This document shows positions 28,521 through 38,355 of a stretch of DNA of 64,000 nucleotides, piece by piece (within the stretch, counting starts at the first letter, position 1; the number at the start of each line of letters is the position of its first letter). The position numbers and the translations under genes were made by a program. The notes under the pieces were generated by a model, which saw only the letters and a program-made list of their open reading frames with translations, did no database searches and was not told the origin of the DNA. The DNA comes from Negativicutes bacterium. Lineage in GTDB: Bacteria; Bacillota; Negativicutes; UBA1444. The DNA lies in NCBI GenBank assembly GCA_963665275.2, contig CAXXIN010000014.1, positions 96,001 to 160,000 of the forward strand, written 5' to 3'.

Positions 28521-29381
28521 GTGAAGCGAAGAGATATGTATTCAATAATATTGAAGAGTCTGGGGAGAAGAGCTGAATCCTTGCTGTTTCTCCCAATATG
28601 CCTAATTTTAGTGAGTGAATTGCTCTCCATATGGAATAAGATGGGGCGTGGTTTTGTGGGAAAATATCGGACAGGTTGCTTGCTGATGAGTATTCTGTTG
28701 TTTTCTGCCAGTGGAGTCGCTGCGCCGATTTTTGGACCACCGCAGCAGGGCTCTGTATCACCATCGAGAGAAAACTGCCGAATTTACTTTTTCCTGTCCA
28801 ATGATCCTGAGCCGCCGCTGAACATCCGCTCCTCTCCGGAAGAAAGAGAAGATAATGTCATTGCCACGATGCCGAATGGCAGGTATGGCGACATTCTGGC
28901 AGAAAAGAACGGGTGGTTCCAAATTTCCTTGCACGGGCTAAAAATCCCCCAGGGTAAAGGGTGGATTGCAGCTAACCGCACGGAGTATGATTGTAACGAA
29001 TTCCGAGAGACAATTACTTCATTTCCTTATTTAATCCCAGGCAGTAGACTCGTTGGCACGGGGACGCACGCATATGAATTCGAATTAAAAAAGGGACAAG
29101 TCCTGGTGATTCGTCCTGAACCGCCTGCTAATGGCAAATTGTTGCGCGACTGGCCGACCGCTGTTGGCGGACCGGGAGTTCCGCGGCAAGCGAAGGGATT
29201 TCCCAATCCCTATGCGCAGTGGTGGCGGAAAACAGACGACACATCAACTCCCGAACCGCCGGAGTGGCGTTGGATTGTGACGCAAAGCGGCTCCTATACC
29301 ATATACTTTGAGTCGAACTACAAGGGCTTCAGTTATGGGGCCAGTGTTGTCGAGCTTGAAGAAGCTGCTACTAAAGAATGA
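28521..29381 (+). CDS. Exported SH3-domain hypothetical protein (start uncertain)
   Basis: LNIRSSP...NGWFQI...GWIA bacterial SH3b-like motif after a signal-peptide-like segment. Confidence 0.55.
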   Translation: MKRRDMYSIILKSLGRRAESLLFLPICLILVSELLSIWNKMGRGFVGKYRTGCLLMSILLFSASGVAAPIFGPPQQGSVSPSRENCRIYFFLSNDPEPPLNIRSSPEEREDNVIATMPNGRYGDILAEKNGWFQISLHGLKIPQGKGWIAANRTEYDCNEFRETITSFPYLIPGSRLVGTGTHAYEFELKKGQVLVIRPEPPANGKLLRDWPTAVGGPGVPRQAKGFPNPYAQWWRKTDDTSTPEPPEWRWIVTQSGSYTIYFESNYKGFSYGASVVELEEAATKE

Positions 29382-29817
29382 TTGCTGACTGCCTGAGGCA
29401 GAGAATGCAGCGGAATTATAAGAAGCGGAATGCGCAGCAAGATGCCTCATTACTAATGAGGCATCTTGCATGAAATAGAATTGCAAACCCGATCTGGCCT
29501 TTTCAACCCCAGCTGAAGGGCACGTTGTTAATATAGCACCCGTATTGCGCGGCAACGATTGATGGACCGTTTTATAATCAGTTTTGCTCACAAGAATATA
29601 AGCCAGGGAATCTGAATTTTGGGGACCCAAGACCGAGAATCCGCTCCGGATGCCAGGCTTTCGCAAGGGTGATACGATGATCGTTCTCCTTCGCTATGTC
29701 GACGACGGTGAATGTTACGTATCGGTTGAAATGATGGAACGCCTTGCCAATGCTTTACCGTTGTGCTTTTTTCTTTTATACTAGCTTTATACCTGCACGC
29801 ACACGTTCTATAGAAGT

Positions 29818-30546
29818 TTGGGGAGGCACAGTGTGGAAAAGAACCAATCCTTGGATCGGACGCTGGATATTCTGGAGTGTTTTTCTACTAGTCGGTCAAA
29901 AATCGGACTTTCCGACCTGGCTAGAGCCGTTTGCCTGCCAAAGGCAACAGTGTATCGAATCGCCGAAACTTTGCTGGCGCGAGGATATCTGATTAAAGAT
30001 GCGGCGGACCAGTCCTATCAGCTCGGCTACAAAGTGCTGAACCTGGCCGGCGCAATGCTTGCCAATCTTGATTATCGGAAGATCGCGCTTCCCTATATGC
30101 AACAGATGCGCAATGAAACAAATGAATCGATTACCCTGTATATTGCCGCCAATGATCGGCAGCGACTGTGCGTTGAACGAGTTCAAAGTACTGCGGGTCT
30201 AAGTCGGATCGTGAATGTCGGCGATGTATTTCCAATTGATCGTGGCGCACCGGGTAAGGTGCTGCTTGCCTATCAGGACCCGGCAGCCCTGCTGAAGGAT
30301 TATGCGGTTTCGTCAACAGAACTGCAAACGGTACGCAGCTGCGGCTATGCGATCAGTTATGCGGAACGCGAAACAGGAGTCACCGCTGTGGCTGCGCCGA
30401 TTTTTAACCGGGAAGGCCAGATCTTGGCGGCGCTTTCCATATCCGGACCCTCATTTCGGTATGAAGGTGAGAACATGGATAGGTTCATTCTTCTAATAAA
30501 AGAAGCGGCTGCCAGCATCTCGCAAAAACTTGGTTGTACTAAATAG
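29818..30546 (+). CDS. IclR-family regulator
   Basis: QSLDRTLDILE, LPKATVYR, GKVLLA and AVAAPIF...AALSISGP motifs. Confidence 0.92.
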   Translation: MGRHSVEKNQSLDRTLDILECFSTSRSKIGLSDLARAVCLPKATVYRIAETLLARGYLIKDAADQSYQLGYKVLNLAGAMLANLDYRKIALPYMQQMRNETNESITLYIAANDRQRLCVERVQSTAGLSRIVNVGDVFPIDRGAPGKVLLAYQDPAALLKDYAVSSTELQTVRSCGYAISYAERETGVTAVAAPIFNREGQILAALSISGPSFRYEGENMDRFILLIKEAAASISQKLGCTK

Positions 30547-30661
30547 AACGAGGAGTTCTATTTTTTTTTGCCTTGCAGGGAAATAACGTTGCAGGCAGAA
30601 TATAATAATAAAACAATAATGAACCGATGGTTCGCAATATGAACCGAAAGGAGGGAGTGAT

Positions 30662-30937
30662 ATGCTCAGGATAAAACGTTGTAGTCAATCCGGAAGTGCG
30701 GAGAAAAGCGATGTATTGGTTGTGATGGAGCCGCGGGGACCAGGAACCGGCACGAAGGTTGTGGTGAAAAGTCCGGTGTTCATGGAATTTGGTCGCCACA
30801 TGATCGCGACGGTAGAGTCTGTTCTTAAAGAACAGGATATCGTAGATGTCGCCGTTCTGTTGGAAGACAAGGGCGCGCTGGAATTTACATTGCGCGCGAG
30901 ATGCGAAACTGCTTTGCGGCGAGCGCTGATAGAGTGA
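30662..30937 (+). CDS. citD: Citrate lyase acyl carrier protein (gamma subunit)-like
   Basis: FGRHM and DKGALEFTLRAR motifs; precedes citE/citF. Confidence 0.8.
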   Translation: MLRIKRCSQSGSAEKSDVLVVMEPRGPGTGTKVVVKSPVFMEFGRHMIATVESVLKEQDIVDVAVLLEDKGALEFTLRARCETALRRALIE

Positions 30938-30946
30938 GGTGAGAAA

Positions 30947-31834
30947 ATGAAGCTTCGGAGAACAATGTTGTTTGTTCCGGGCAATGACCCGGGGAAGTTG
31001 TTCAATGCAGGCATTTACGGCGCGGATAGTCTGGTGTTTGATCTGGAAGATGCTGTGTCGGTCGGTGAGAAAGATGCCGCGCGCGATCTGGTAAAAAACG
31101 CGATCATGTTCAACGAATATCCTTGCGAAGTGGGCGTTCGTATCAACCACATCAGCACTCCCTTTGGTTATGACGACCTGCGGGAGATCATGAAAGCCCG
31201 TCCTGCCTTCATTCGGGTACCAAAATCTGAAGAAACGGCGGACATTGTTGCCGTTGACGACTATATCACCCAATTGGAAAAGGAATATGGCTATGAAGTC
31301 GGCGGGGTGAAAATCGTACTGACCATTGAGACGGCTTTGGGGATCATTAACTCGTACCAGCTGGCGAAATCCAGCAAGCGGATTGTGGCAATCGGACTGG
31401 GGGCAGAGGATTTCGCCGCTGATCTGGAGACGAATCGGACCGCAGATGGACGGGAAATTCTCTTTGCGCGCAGTCAGCTGCTTTTGTCAGCTCGGGCTGC
31501 AAAAGTTCAGGCTATTGATAATGTCTATGCGGATGTTACCAATGAAGCGGGATTCATGGCTGATACTTTGTTGGGCAAAGAGTTGGGGTTCAGCGGAAAA
31601 TCAGTTATTCATCCAAATCAGGTCGAAATCGTGCACAGGATTTATACGCCGACGCTGAATGAAGTTTCCAAGGCTCAAAAGATTATTGGCGCATACCAAG
31701 AGGCCTTAGCGAAAAAATCGGGAGTCATTGCCCTGAATGGCAAGATGATCGATGGCCCAATCGTGGCGAGGGCCGAACGCACGTTGCGTTTCGCGCAGGC
31801 GGTCGGACTGGTAAAGGATGGTGAACTGGTGTGA
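30947..31834 (+). CDS. citE: Citrate lyase beta subunit (citryl-ACP lyase)
   Basis: RRTMLFVPG, DLEDAV, GKSVIHP and GKMIDGP motifs. Confidence 0.88.
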   Translation: MKLRRTMLFVPGNDPGKLFNAGIYGADSLVFDLEDAVSVGEKDAARDLVKNAIMFNEYPCEVGVRINHISTPFGYDDLREIMKARPAFIRVPKSEETADIVAVDDYITQLEKEYGYEVGGVKIVLTIETALGIINSYQLAKSSKRIVAIGLGAEDFAADLETNRTADGREILFARSQLLLSARAAKVQAIDNVYADVTNEAGFMADTLLGKELGFSGKSVIHPNQVEIVHRIYTPTLNEVSKAQKIIGAYQEALAKKSGVIALNGKMIDGPIVARAERTLRFAQAVGLVKDGELV

Positions 31835-33357
31835 TTAACGCAGCAGATCGGGAAATACCGGAAGTTAGTGGGATGCATGTTTTGCCGTATCAGGGGCCAT
31901 GGGCCAATGTGCAGCCAAATGCCCGGGGAACCAAGACTGTCGATGTGCCGCCATCGGCCAAAATACTGCAATCCATCGATGCAGCGATTGATGCGGCAGG
32001 TCTCAGAGATGGCATGACCATTTCGTTTCACCATCATTTCCGCAATGGCGATTATGTGATGAAGATGGTCGTCGATGCGATCGCTGCCAAGGGAATTCGT
32101 GACCTAACCTTATCAGCCAGTTCTCTGAGTGCAGTTCAGGATGCGATCGTTCCCCATATTGAAGCCGGCGTCATAACAGCCATCGATACGAGTGGCATTC
32201 GCGGCGAAATAGGGCGGCTCGTCAGTGCAGGAAAATTGAAACAGCCGGTTATGATCCGCAGCCACGGCGGCAGGGCAAGCGCCATCGAGTCAGGCAGGCT
32301 GTCGATCGACGTGGCATTCATCGGCGCCCCTACCTGTGATCGATACGGCAACATTAATGGTGTGGACGGTCCATCGGCCTGCGGCTCGTTGGGCTACGCC
32401 ATGATCGATGCGGCATATGCGGCGAAAGTGGTTGCAATCACTGACAATCTGATTGCACAGCCGCTGGGGTGCATCAGTATTCCTCAAACGCAGGTTGACT
32501 TTATTGTGGCGGTCGAAAAAATCGGCGACCCTGGTGGTATCGGCACCGGTGCGCTGCGAATTAGCCGCGACCCTAAAGAATTGGTGATCTCCCGCTATGC
32601 GGCCCAAGTCATCGAATACTCCGGTTTGTTTAAGCCCGGATTCTCCATGCAACTGGGTAGTGGCGGAGCATCGCTGTCGGCGGCGAAGTTTCTGAAAGAA
32701 AAAATGCTGGCCCGCCAGATAACGGCTTCTTTTGGCGTGGGCGGCATTACCGGAATTTTCGTCGACATGATGAAGGAGGGCCTGGTGGAACGTCTATTTG
32801 ATGTGCAGGACTTCGATCTGCCATCGATCCAGTCGTTGCGAGACAACCCGCGCCATATGGAAATGTCTGCTTCCTATTACGCCAGCCCGAATACACGAGG
32901 GCCCATTGTTAATCAGGTGGACGCGGTCATTCTCAGCGCCACGGAAGTCGATATAGATTTCAACGTTAATGTGCTTACAGGTTCAAGCGGAAAACTCATG
33001 GGGGCCCCAGGCGGACATCCAGATACCGCAGCCGGATCGCATTTGTCGATCGTTGTCCTGCCGCTGCTTCGTGGCAGGCTGCCGATGGTGCGCGAACGAG
33101 TCCATACAATCGTCACACCGGGAGAAACGGTAGACGTTATTGTGACAGAAAGAGGGATAGCGGTTAACCCAAGGCGTCGGGATTTAATCGACAACCTTAG
33201 TCAGTCGGGCTTGCCGCTTATGAGAATTGAAGATTTGCAACGACTCGCCTATAAAATAACCGGCACACCGGATCCGGTCCCTGCGGGCGGAGACGTGGTG
33301 GGGTTGGTTGAATATCGGGATGGAACGATCATTGATGTTATCCGACAACTAAATTAG
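31831..33357 (+). CDS. citF: Citrate lyase alpha subunit (ACP transferase)
   Basis: SFHHHFRNGD, SHGGR, GGHPDTA and EYRDGT motifs. Confidence 0.92.
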   Translation: MINAADREIPEVSGMHVLPYQGPWANVQPNARGTKTVDVPPSAKILQSIDAAIDAAGLRDGMTISFHHHFRNGDYVMKMVVDAIAAKGIRDLTLSASSLSAVQDAIVPHIEAGVITAIDTSGIRGEIGRLVSAGKLKQPVMIRSHGGRASAIESGRLSIDVAFIGAPTCDRYGNINGVDGPSACGSLGYAMIDAAYAAKVVAITDNLIAQPLGCISIPQTQVDFIVAVEKIGDPGGIGTGALRISRDPKELVISRYAAQVIEYSGLFKPGFSMQLGSGGASLSAAKFLKEKMLARQITASFGVGGITGIFVDMMKEGLVERLFDVQDFDLPSIQSLRDNPRHMEMSASYYASPNTRGPIVNQVDAVILSATEVDIDFNVNVLTGSSGKLMGAPGGHPDTAAGSHLSIVVLPLLRGRLPMVRERVHTIVTPGETVDVIVTERGIAVNPRRRDLIDNLSQSGLPLMRIEDLQRLAYKITGTPDPVPAGGDVVGLVEYRDGTIIDVIRQLN

Positions 33358-33368
33358 GGGGTAAAAAA

Positions 33369-34718
33369 ATGGGTCTGAGTGTTTGGTCCTTGATCGCATA
33401 TGTTGCCGCAATCGTAATCTGGAATGCAGTCTTCAAGAGAAACATTGGTGAAGCAATGGGCATCGGCTGGATCGTGGTGCTTTTATTTGGCGGTTCGAAG
33501 ATGCTGGATCTATTCTGGAAAAGTGTTGTTTTCTCAGCGGGACAAGAAACTATATTTGCAGCGCTGGCATTCGTTTTCATGGCCTATGTCATGGGGAAAA
33601 CCGGTTTGATCATGCGAATGGTCAACATCCTGAACTCGGCGCTCGGCAGGGTCGCAGGCGGTGCGGGTTATATCAACACGCTAACCAGTGCGCTGTTCGG
33701 GCTGATGTCAGGGTCTGGATCCGGTTGCGCAGCATCCGTCGGTTCGGTCACGATTCCCTGGATGATCAATTCCTCCTGGCCCAAAAAAATGGCTGCCATT
33801 ATGACGTCCGGTAATGCCGGACTGAGCAGTTCCCTGCCGCCCAGTTCTTCAATGTTTATTCTGCTGGGGGCCGCGGTTGTTTCAAGTCAGGTCACCACCG
33901 GCGCACTTTACCTGGCGCTGCTGACAGGCGGATTGTGGACGTTGATTTACCGGCTGCTTTTGGTGCGCTATTTTGTCTATAAATATGACGTCAAAGCATT
34001 GCCGAATGATCAGATACGGCCACTGGCAGAAACAATGCGGACTGGCTGGACTTCACTGCTGATTTTTCTGGGTATCATTATACCGCTTGGGATTACAATC
34101 GGGCCTGTCGAAAGTGCTTTATCCGCGATGAAGTCCTTTGGTCCGAGCGGGATTCGGAGTATATCGCTGATTGTTTGGATACCAATCTTCATCAGTTGGA
34201 TTGCTATAATCGAAGGATGGAAATATTTGCCCAAGACGTTCGCGGGCTGGCATGATTTCGCGAAAGGTGCGGCGCCGAAGTATGCTGTTGTCGGTGCAAC
34301 ACTGTTTTTTGCCTTTGCGGCCGGAGAAGTTATGACCCAGCTTGGATTGGGCAAGGACTTGACTGTACTTCTGAAAAGTCTCAACGCACCGCCCCTGCTG
34401 ATGATTCTCCTAGTCGGGGTCTTGATCACCTTGGTGGGAGGACCGCTGACTTCGACGGCAACGGTTGCTTCAATTGGTGCAGTTGGATTTTCCGCCCTGG
34501 TTGGTGTGGGTGTGGTTCCGGCCACAGCTGCGGCAGTCATTCTGATTTTTGCATCCACAGAAGGAGCATCGCCCCCCGGCGCCGCACCGATTTATATTTC
34601 TTGCGGCATTGCGGATGTTGATCCTGCCTCGACGTTTATACCCTTGATTCTTTACTATGTCTTGCCGATCATTGCAGTCGGAGCGCTGATTGCGCTTCGC
34701 ATATTACCTACAATATAA
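33369..34718 (+). CDS. DctM/IT-superfamily carboxylate permease
   Basis: Highly hydrophobic; SGSGSG, PPSSS and SPPG motifs like TRAP large subunits. Confidence 0.7.
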   Translation: MGLSVWSLIAYVAAIVIWNAVFKRNIGEAMGIGWIVVLLFGGSKMLDLFWKSVVFSAGQETIFAALAFVFMAYVMGKTGLIMRMVNILNSALGRVAGGAGYINTLTSALFGLMSGSGSGCAASVGSVTIPWMINSSWPKKMAAIMTSGNAGLSSSLPPSSSMFILLGAAVVSSQVTTGALYLALLTGGLWTLIYRLLLVRYFVYKYDVKALPNDQIRPLAETMRTGWTSLLIFLGIIIPLGITIGPVESALSAMKSFGPSGIRSISLIVWIPIFISWIAIIEGWKYLPKTFAGWHDFAKGAAPKYAVVGATLFFAFAAGEVMTQLGLGKDLTVLLKSLNAPPLLMILLVGVLITLVGGPLTSTATVASIGAVGFSALVGVGVVPATAAAVILIFASTEGASPPGAAPIYISCGIADVDPASTFIPLILYYVLPIIAVGALIALRILPTI

Positions 34719-34733
34719 CGAGCGGAGGTTTGT

Positions 34734-34973
34734 GTGATGAAGTTATTCGTGCGGGGGATTTTGGACCGGATTTTTGTCGTTGGCCTTGTTGCGTTCCTGG
34801 CACTTGGAACCGTAATTGTCATTGGACAACTCTATGGAGTCATAACTGGAAATGGTGCGCTGACCATCGGGATGGCCAAGAATTTAGGGAAGACGACGTT
34901 CTACATAGCGGCAGTCGTAGGGTTGATCGGTTATGTTCAAAGCTACTTATATGGCTGGAAATCGGGAGATTAG
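34734..34973 (+). CDS. Small two-TM membrane protein (transporter accessory?)
   Basis: Two hydrophobic helices; GGAGG RBS; in operon. Confidence 0.7.
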   Translation: MMKLFVRGILDRIFVVGLVAFLALGTVIVIGQLYGVITGNGALTIGMAKNLGKTTFYIAAVVGLIGYVQSYLYGWKSGD

Positions 34974-34987
34974 AGGAGGCGAAGAAC

Positions 34988-35677
34988 ATGGGAGCAGGTT
35001 TTAGAGTTTATACCAAAATAAATCGGCCCGCACAGGAATTGGTCGAGGAGTTTCGCGGCCTGCCGGCGGCAAATATCGCCGATGAAATGAACCGGTTCAG
35101 TTGCATGGATGCGCGGATCAAGCCTGTGAATGCCGTGCCGCTTTTGGGAACGGCTTTTACCGTTAAGGCCCGCATTGCAGATAATCTGTTGCTGCATAAA
35201 GCCATTGATATGGCCCAACCGGGCGATGTAATCGTGGTTGACGTGCAGGGGGATATCACGAATTCGCTGATTGGCGAAATTATGCTGCGACAGGCTGTGA
35301 AACGTAATATTGCCGGCATCATCGTAGATGGAGCTATCCGCGACATTGAGGCATTGCGCGAACTTAGCATCCCGATCTATGCAGTTGGGTGCACACCAAA
35401 GGGGCCTTATAAAGACGGACCGGGTGAGATCAACACCCCGGTATCCTGCGGCGGAGTAGTCGTTCATCCAGGAGATATTATCGTCGGAGATGCAGACGGT
35501 ATAGTGGTTATTAGCCCCAAAGATGCCACTGGAATAGTGAAGAAAGCCAAGGGAAAATATCTTGAAGAACAGGAAAAATTCAGGGCTATTGAACTAGGAA
35601 CATTGGACCGGTCGTGGGTAGACAAGGCCTTGACCGAACGCGGCTGCGAAATTATTGATAAGGCTTGGGACGATTGA
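34988..35677 (+). CDS. RraA-like / HMG-CHA aldolase family protein
   Basis: DNLLLHKAI, GEIM, DGAIRD and GDADGIVV motifs; ATG after GAGGAGG. Confidence 0.85.
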   Translation: MGAGFRVYTKINRPAQELVEEFRGLPAANIADEMNRFSCMDARIKPVNAVPLLGTAFTVKARIADNLLLHKAIDMAQPGDVIVVDVQGDITNSLIGEIMLRQAVKRNIAGIIVDGAIRDIEALRELSIPIYAVGCTPKGPYKDGPGEINTPVSCGGVVVHPGDIIVGDADGIVVISPKDATGIVKKAKGKYLEEQEKFRAIELGTLDRSWVDKALTERGCEIIDKAWDD

Positions 35678-35819
35678 ATAAGTCGTTGCATGGGACTGAT
35701 AAAAGCCTTCCGGCGTAACGCCGAAAGGCTTTTATCAGGTTTTGTGCGCATACCGGCTTGAACTCCACGGCAATCGATATTATCATATGCAAGGAGAATA
35801 GTCTCGGAGGAAAGACGAT

Positions 35820-36986
35820 TTGCAAGAACAGCAGTTATGGAATGTCCGTTATATCAGAATGTGCCTGAGTAGTTTCTTTCAGTATTTAACGCATTATACT
35901 TTGATTGCCGCTTTGCCCATATATGTAGTGCAGACATTGAGCCAGAGTGAGAACCAAGCGGGGCTTACCCTGACTTTTTTTCAAATTGGCGCCGTATTGT
36001 TCAGGCCCCTTGCCGGAAAATGGATGGATGATTATGACAAAAAACGAGTGATTTTTGCTTCACTGGCGCTGTTTTGTGTCGTATGTTTTCTCTATCTTGG
36101 GGTGCAGACCATCCTCTTTTTATTTGTCCTGCGATTTTTTCATGGAGTTGGTTTTTCTACCGGGACGACGGCGACGGCAACCATGGTGGCTGTTTTTTCG
36201 CCGGCATCCCGTATGGGAGAGGGCGTCGGTAATCTGGCAGTATTTACCAGTATCGCTATGGTTATCGGCCCTTTTATCGGTTTGAAGTTAATTGCTGAGT
36301 ATTCCACTGCCCATTTGTTTGGGGCATGTGCGTTGTTTGGATTGTTGGCTTTTTTGTGCGGGAATATGAAATTAATGCCACAGCAAAACATTGTTAACCC
36401 AACGAGAACTACAGCGGCTTTTTGCTGGACAGATTTATTTGAGCAGAACGCCTTGCCAATAGCGTTCTGCGGGGGACTATTGGCTTTAGTGTATAGCAGC
36501 TTGCTTGGCTTCTTGCCGTTATATGCCCAGAGTATCGGCATGATGGGCATGGCCAGTTATTTTTTTGCCGTCTATGCGCTCGTGATTATTATTACGCGAC
36601 CCTTCATTGGTAAGGTGTTTGACCGAATGGGCGCCAAGTGGGTAGTTTATGCGTCAATATTCTTTTATTTAGTGGGGATGGTTGAGTTAAGCCAGGTTAA
36701 AAACTCCACGGAACTGTTGCTGGCAGGCGCCTTAATTGGGCTGGGCTTTGGCGGTCTGAATCCGAGCTTTCAAACGCTGGCTGTTCTAGCTGCCCCAACT
36801 CATAAAAAAGGACTGGCCACATCCACCTATTTCCTGTCGTTGGATATCGGCATAGGGGTAGGGTCGTTTGTGCTCGGCATGGTGGTGAACTTCACGAATT
36901 ACCGGACAATGTATCTGGTCTGTGCTGTTATTGCTGCCTTGATTGCATTGAGTTTCTACGGAATTAACTCAAAAAGGCGCCGATGA
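35820..36986 (+). CDS. MFS transporter
   Basis: 12-TM pattern; RPLAGKWMDDYDKK motif A. Confidence 0.9.
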   Translation: MQEQQLWNVRYIRMCLSSFFQYLTHYTLIAALPIYVVQTLSQSENQAGLTLTFFQIGAVLFRPLAGKWMDDYDKKRVIFASLALFCVVCFLYLGVQTILFLFVLRFFHGVGFSTGTTATATMVAVFSPASRMGEGVGNLAVFTSIAMVIGPFIGLKLIAEYSTAHLFGACALFGLLAFLCGNMKLMPQQNIVNPTRTTAAFCWTDLFEQNALPIAFCGGLLALVYSSLLGFLPLYAQSIGMMGMASYFFAVYALVIIITRPFIGKVFDRMGAKWVVYASIFFYLVGMVELSQVKNSTELLLAGALIGLGFGGLNPSFQTLAVLAAPTHKKGLATSTYFLSLDIGIGVGSFVLGMVVNFTNYRTMYLVCAVIAALIALSFYGINSKRRR

Positions 36987-37247
36987 AGCGCGACCGTTCC
37001 CTGATACGAACGGTTCGGATACTGTTCGGCGGATTGCCGGCATGAGCCATCGCCGCACATGAGTAATTTTCATGAACCCCAAAATGCTGGAACTCACGTT
37101 AAATACTAAATTTGTTGTTGTTGCCGCTCTTCCCATTTAAGCCTTTCGGTTGTCAACCGGAAGGCTTTGTTTATTACGATAATTATTGATATGCGCGTCC
37201 GATAGGCTTACAATTAGATTGAAAATTAAAAAAATGGAGGTGTTGAT

Positions 37248-37757
37248 ATGGGTGTTTTTGATTTCGCATTGAAGATGGAGTTGGACGGGGAGCAGTACTA
37301 TAGAGAACATGCCACACAAGCCAAGTATGCGGATTTGAAAACTGTATTGATAGGACTGGCCGAAGATGAAAAGCGTCACTTCGCGATTGTTGAGTCCCTC
37401 CAAAAGCAAAAAGGCAACGCCTACATCGAGGCAGATCCTGCTGTCAGCAAACAGCGAAATGTTTTTGAACTTGCCCACAACAAAGATTTTATCCCAAAAG
37501 ACAAGGAGTCTATTGCCAAGCTTAAAGCGGAGCAGGTTGATGTTTATCGGGCGGCTCTGACCAAAGAAGAAGAAAGTATAGCGCTTTATAAAAAACTTCA
37601 GCAGACAGCCACCTCGCCCACTGAAAAAACTGTTTTGGGAAAGCTGATGCATGAAGAAGAAAAACATAAGGACGTGCTGGATAATATCATTCAGATGTTC
37701 AACCGGGTCAATGAATGGGTGGAATCACCAGAGTTTCACCACACAAAACCGTATTGA
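37248..37757 (+). CDS. Rubrerythrin/ferritin-like diiron protein
   Basis: Paired ExxH motifs (DEKRH, EEKH). Confidence 0.85.
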   Translation: MGVFDFALKMELDGEQYYREHATQAKYADLKTVLIGLAEDEKRHFAIVESLQKQKGNAYIEADPAVSKQRNVFELAHNKDFIPKDKESIAKLKAEQVDVYRAALTKEEESIALYKKLQQTATSPTEKTVLGKLMHEEEKHKDVLDNIIQMFNRVNEWVESPEFHHTKPY

Positions 37758-37827
37758 ACGATCCACATAGGGGAACGTTTAATAAATAACGGTCTATAAG
37801 ATATTTGCGAAGAAAGGAGGAAATGCC

Positions 37828-38190
37828 ATGCCTGCAGTTCGTATCACACCTCAAGATCTGAAAGCCAAAATGGAGCAGGAAAAGTTCATCATCATTGACC
37901 TGCGGCAAACTGATGCCTATGACGACAGCCCAGAACAAATCAAAGACTCTATCAGACTGGACCCGAACGATGATGCAGCGATTCAGCGGATGATTGACAG
38001 CACCGATAAGAACGCGGCGATTGTCGGATACTGCACCTGACACGATGAATACACAAGCGCCCGTGTGGCGAATATTTTCAACAAAAATGGATTTCACAAT
38101 GTCCGGGCACTGCTGGGTGGGATGCAAGCCTGGAAGGATGCTGGCTATCCGATGGAGCCGAAAAAAATCATGACGGCTACATCCAGGTGA
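37828..38190 (+). CDS. Rhodanese-like protein with in-frame TGA (probable selenocysteine, CxU)
   Basis: Reading through TGA 38038-38040 gives YCT(U)HDEYTSARVA...VRALLGGMQAWKDAGYP and completes the rhodanese fold. Confidence 0.8.
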
Positions 38191-38355
38191 TGTGTCTTTG
38201 AGTTTTGACCCATTTCGTTAAAGCCTTCCGACCTAGTGACACGGGAGGCTTTTTCATGTGCGAAAGCGCACCTTGTTTTTTCGGCAACATCGATATAACA
38301 TGATGATTAATGCCACATTGGCAAGTTGAGAGGGGAAATAAGGCGGGATGATAAA

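Noticed and set aside
34730-34987. N-terminal extension of the RraA-like ORF
   Set aside because: Overlaps the small membrane gene in another frame; strong RBS before ATG 34988
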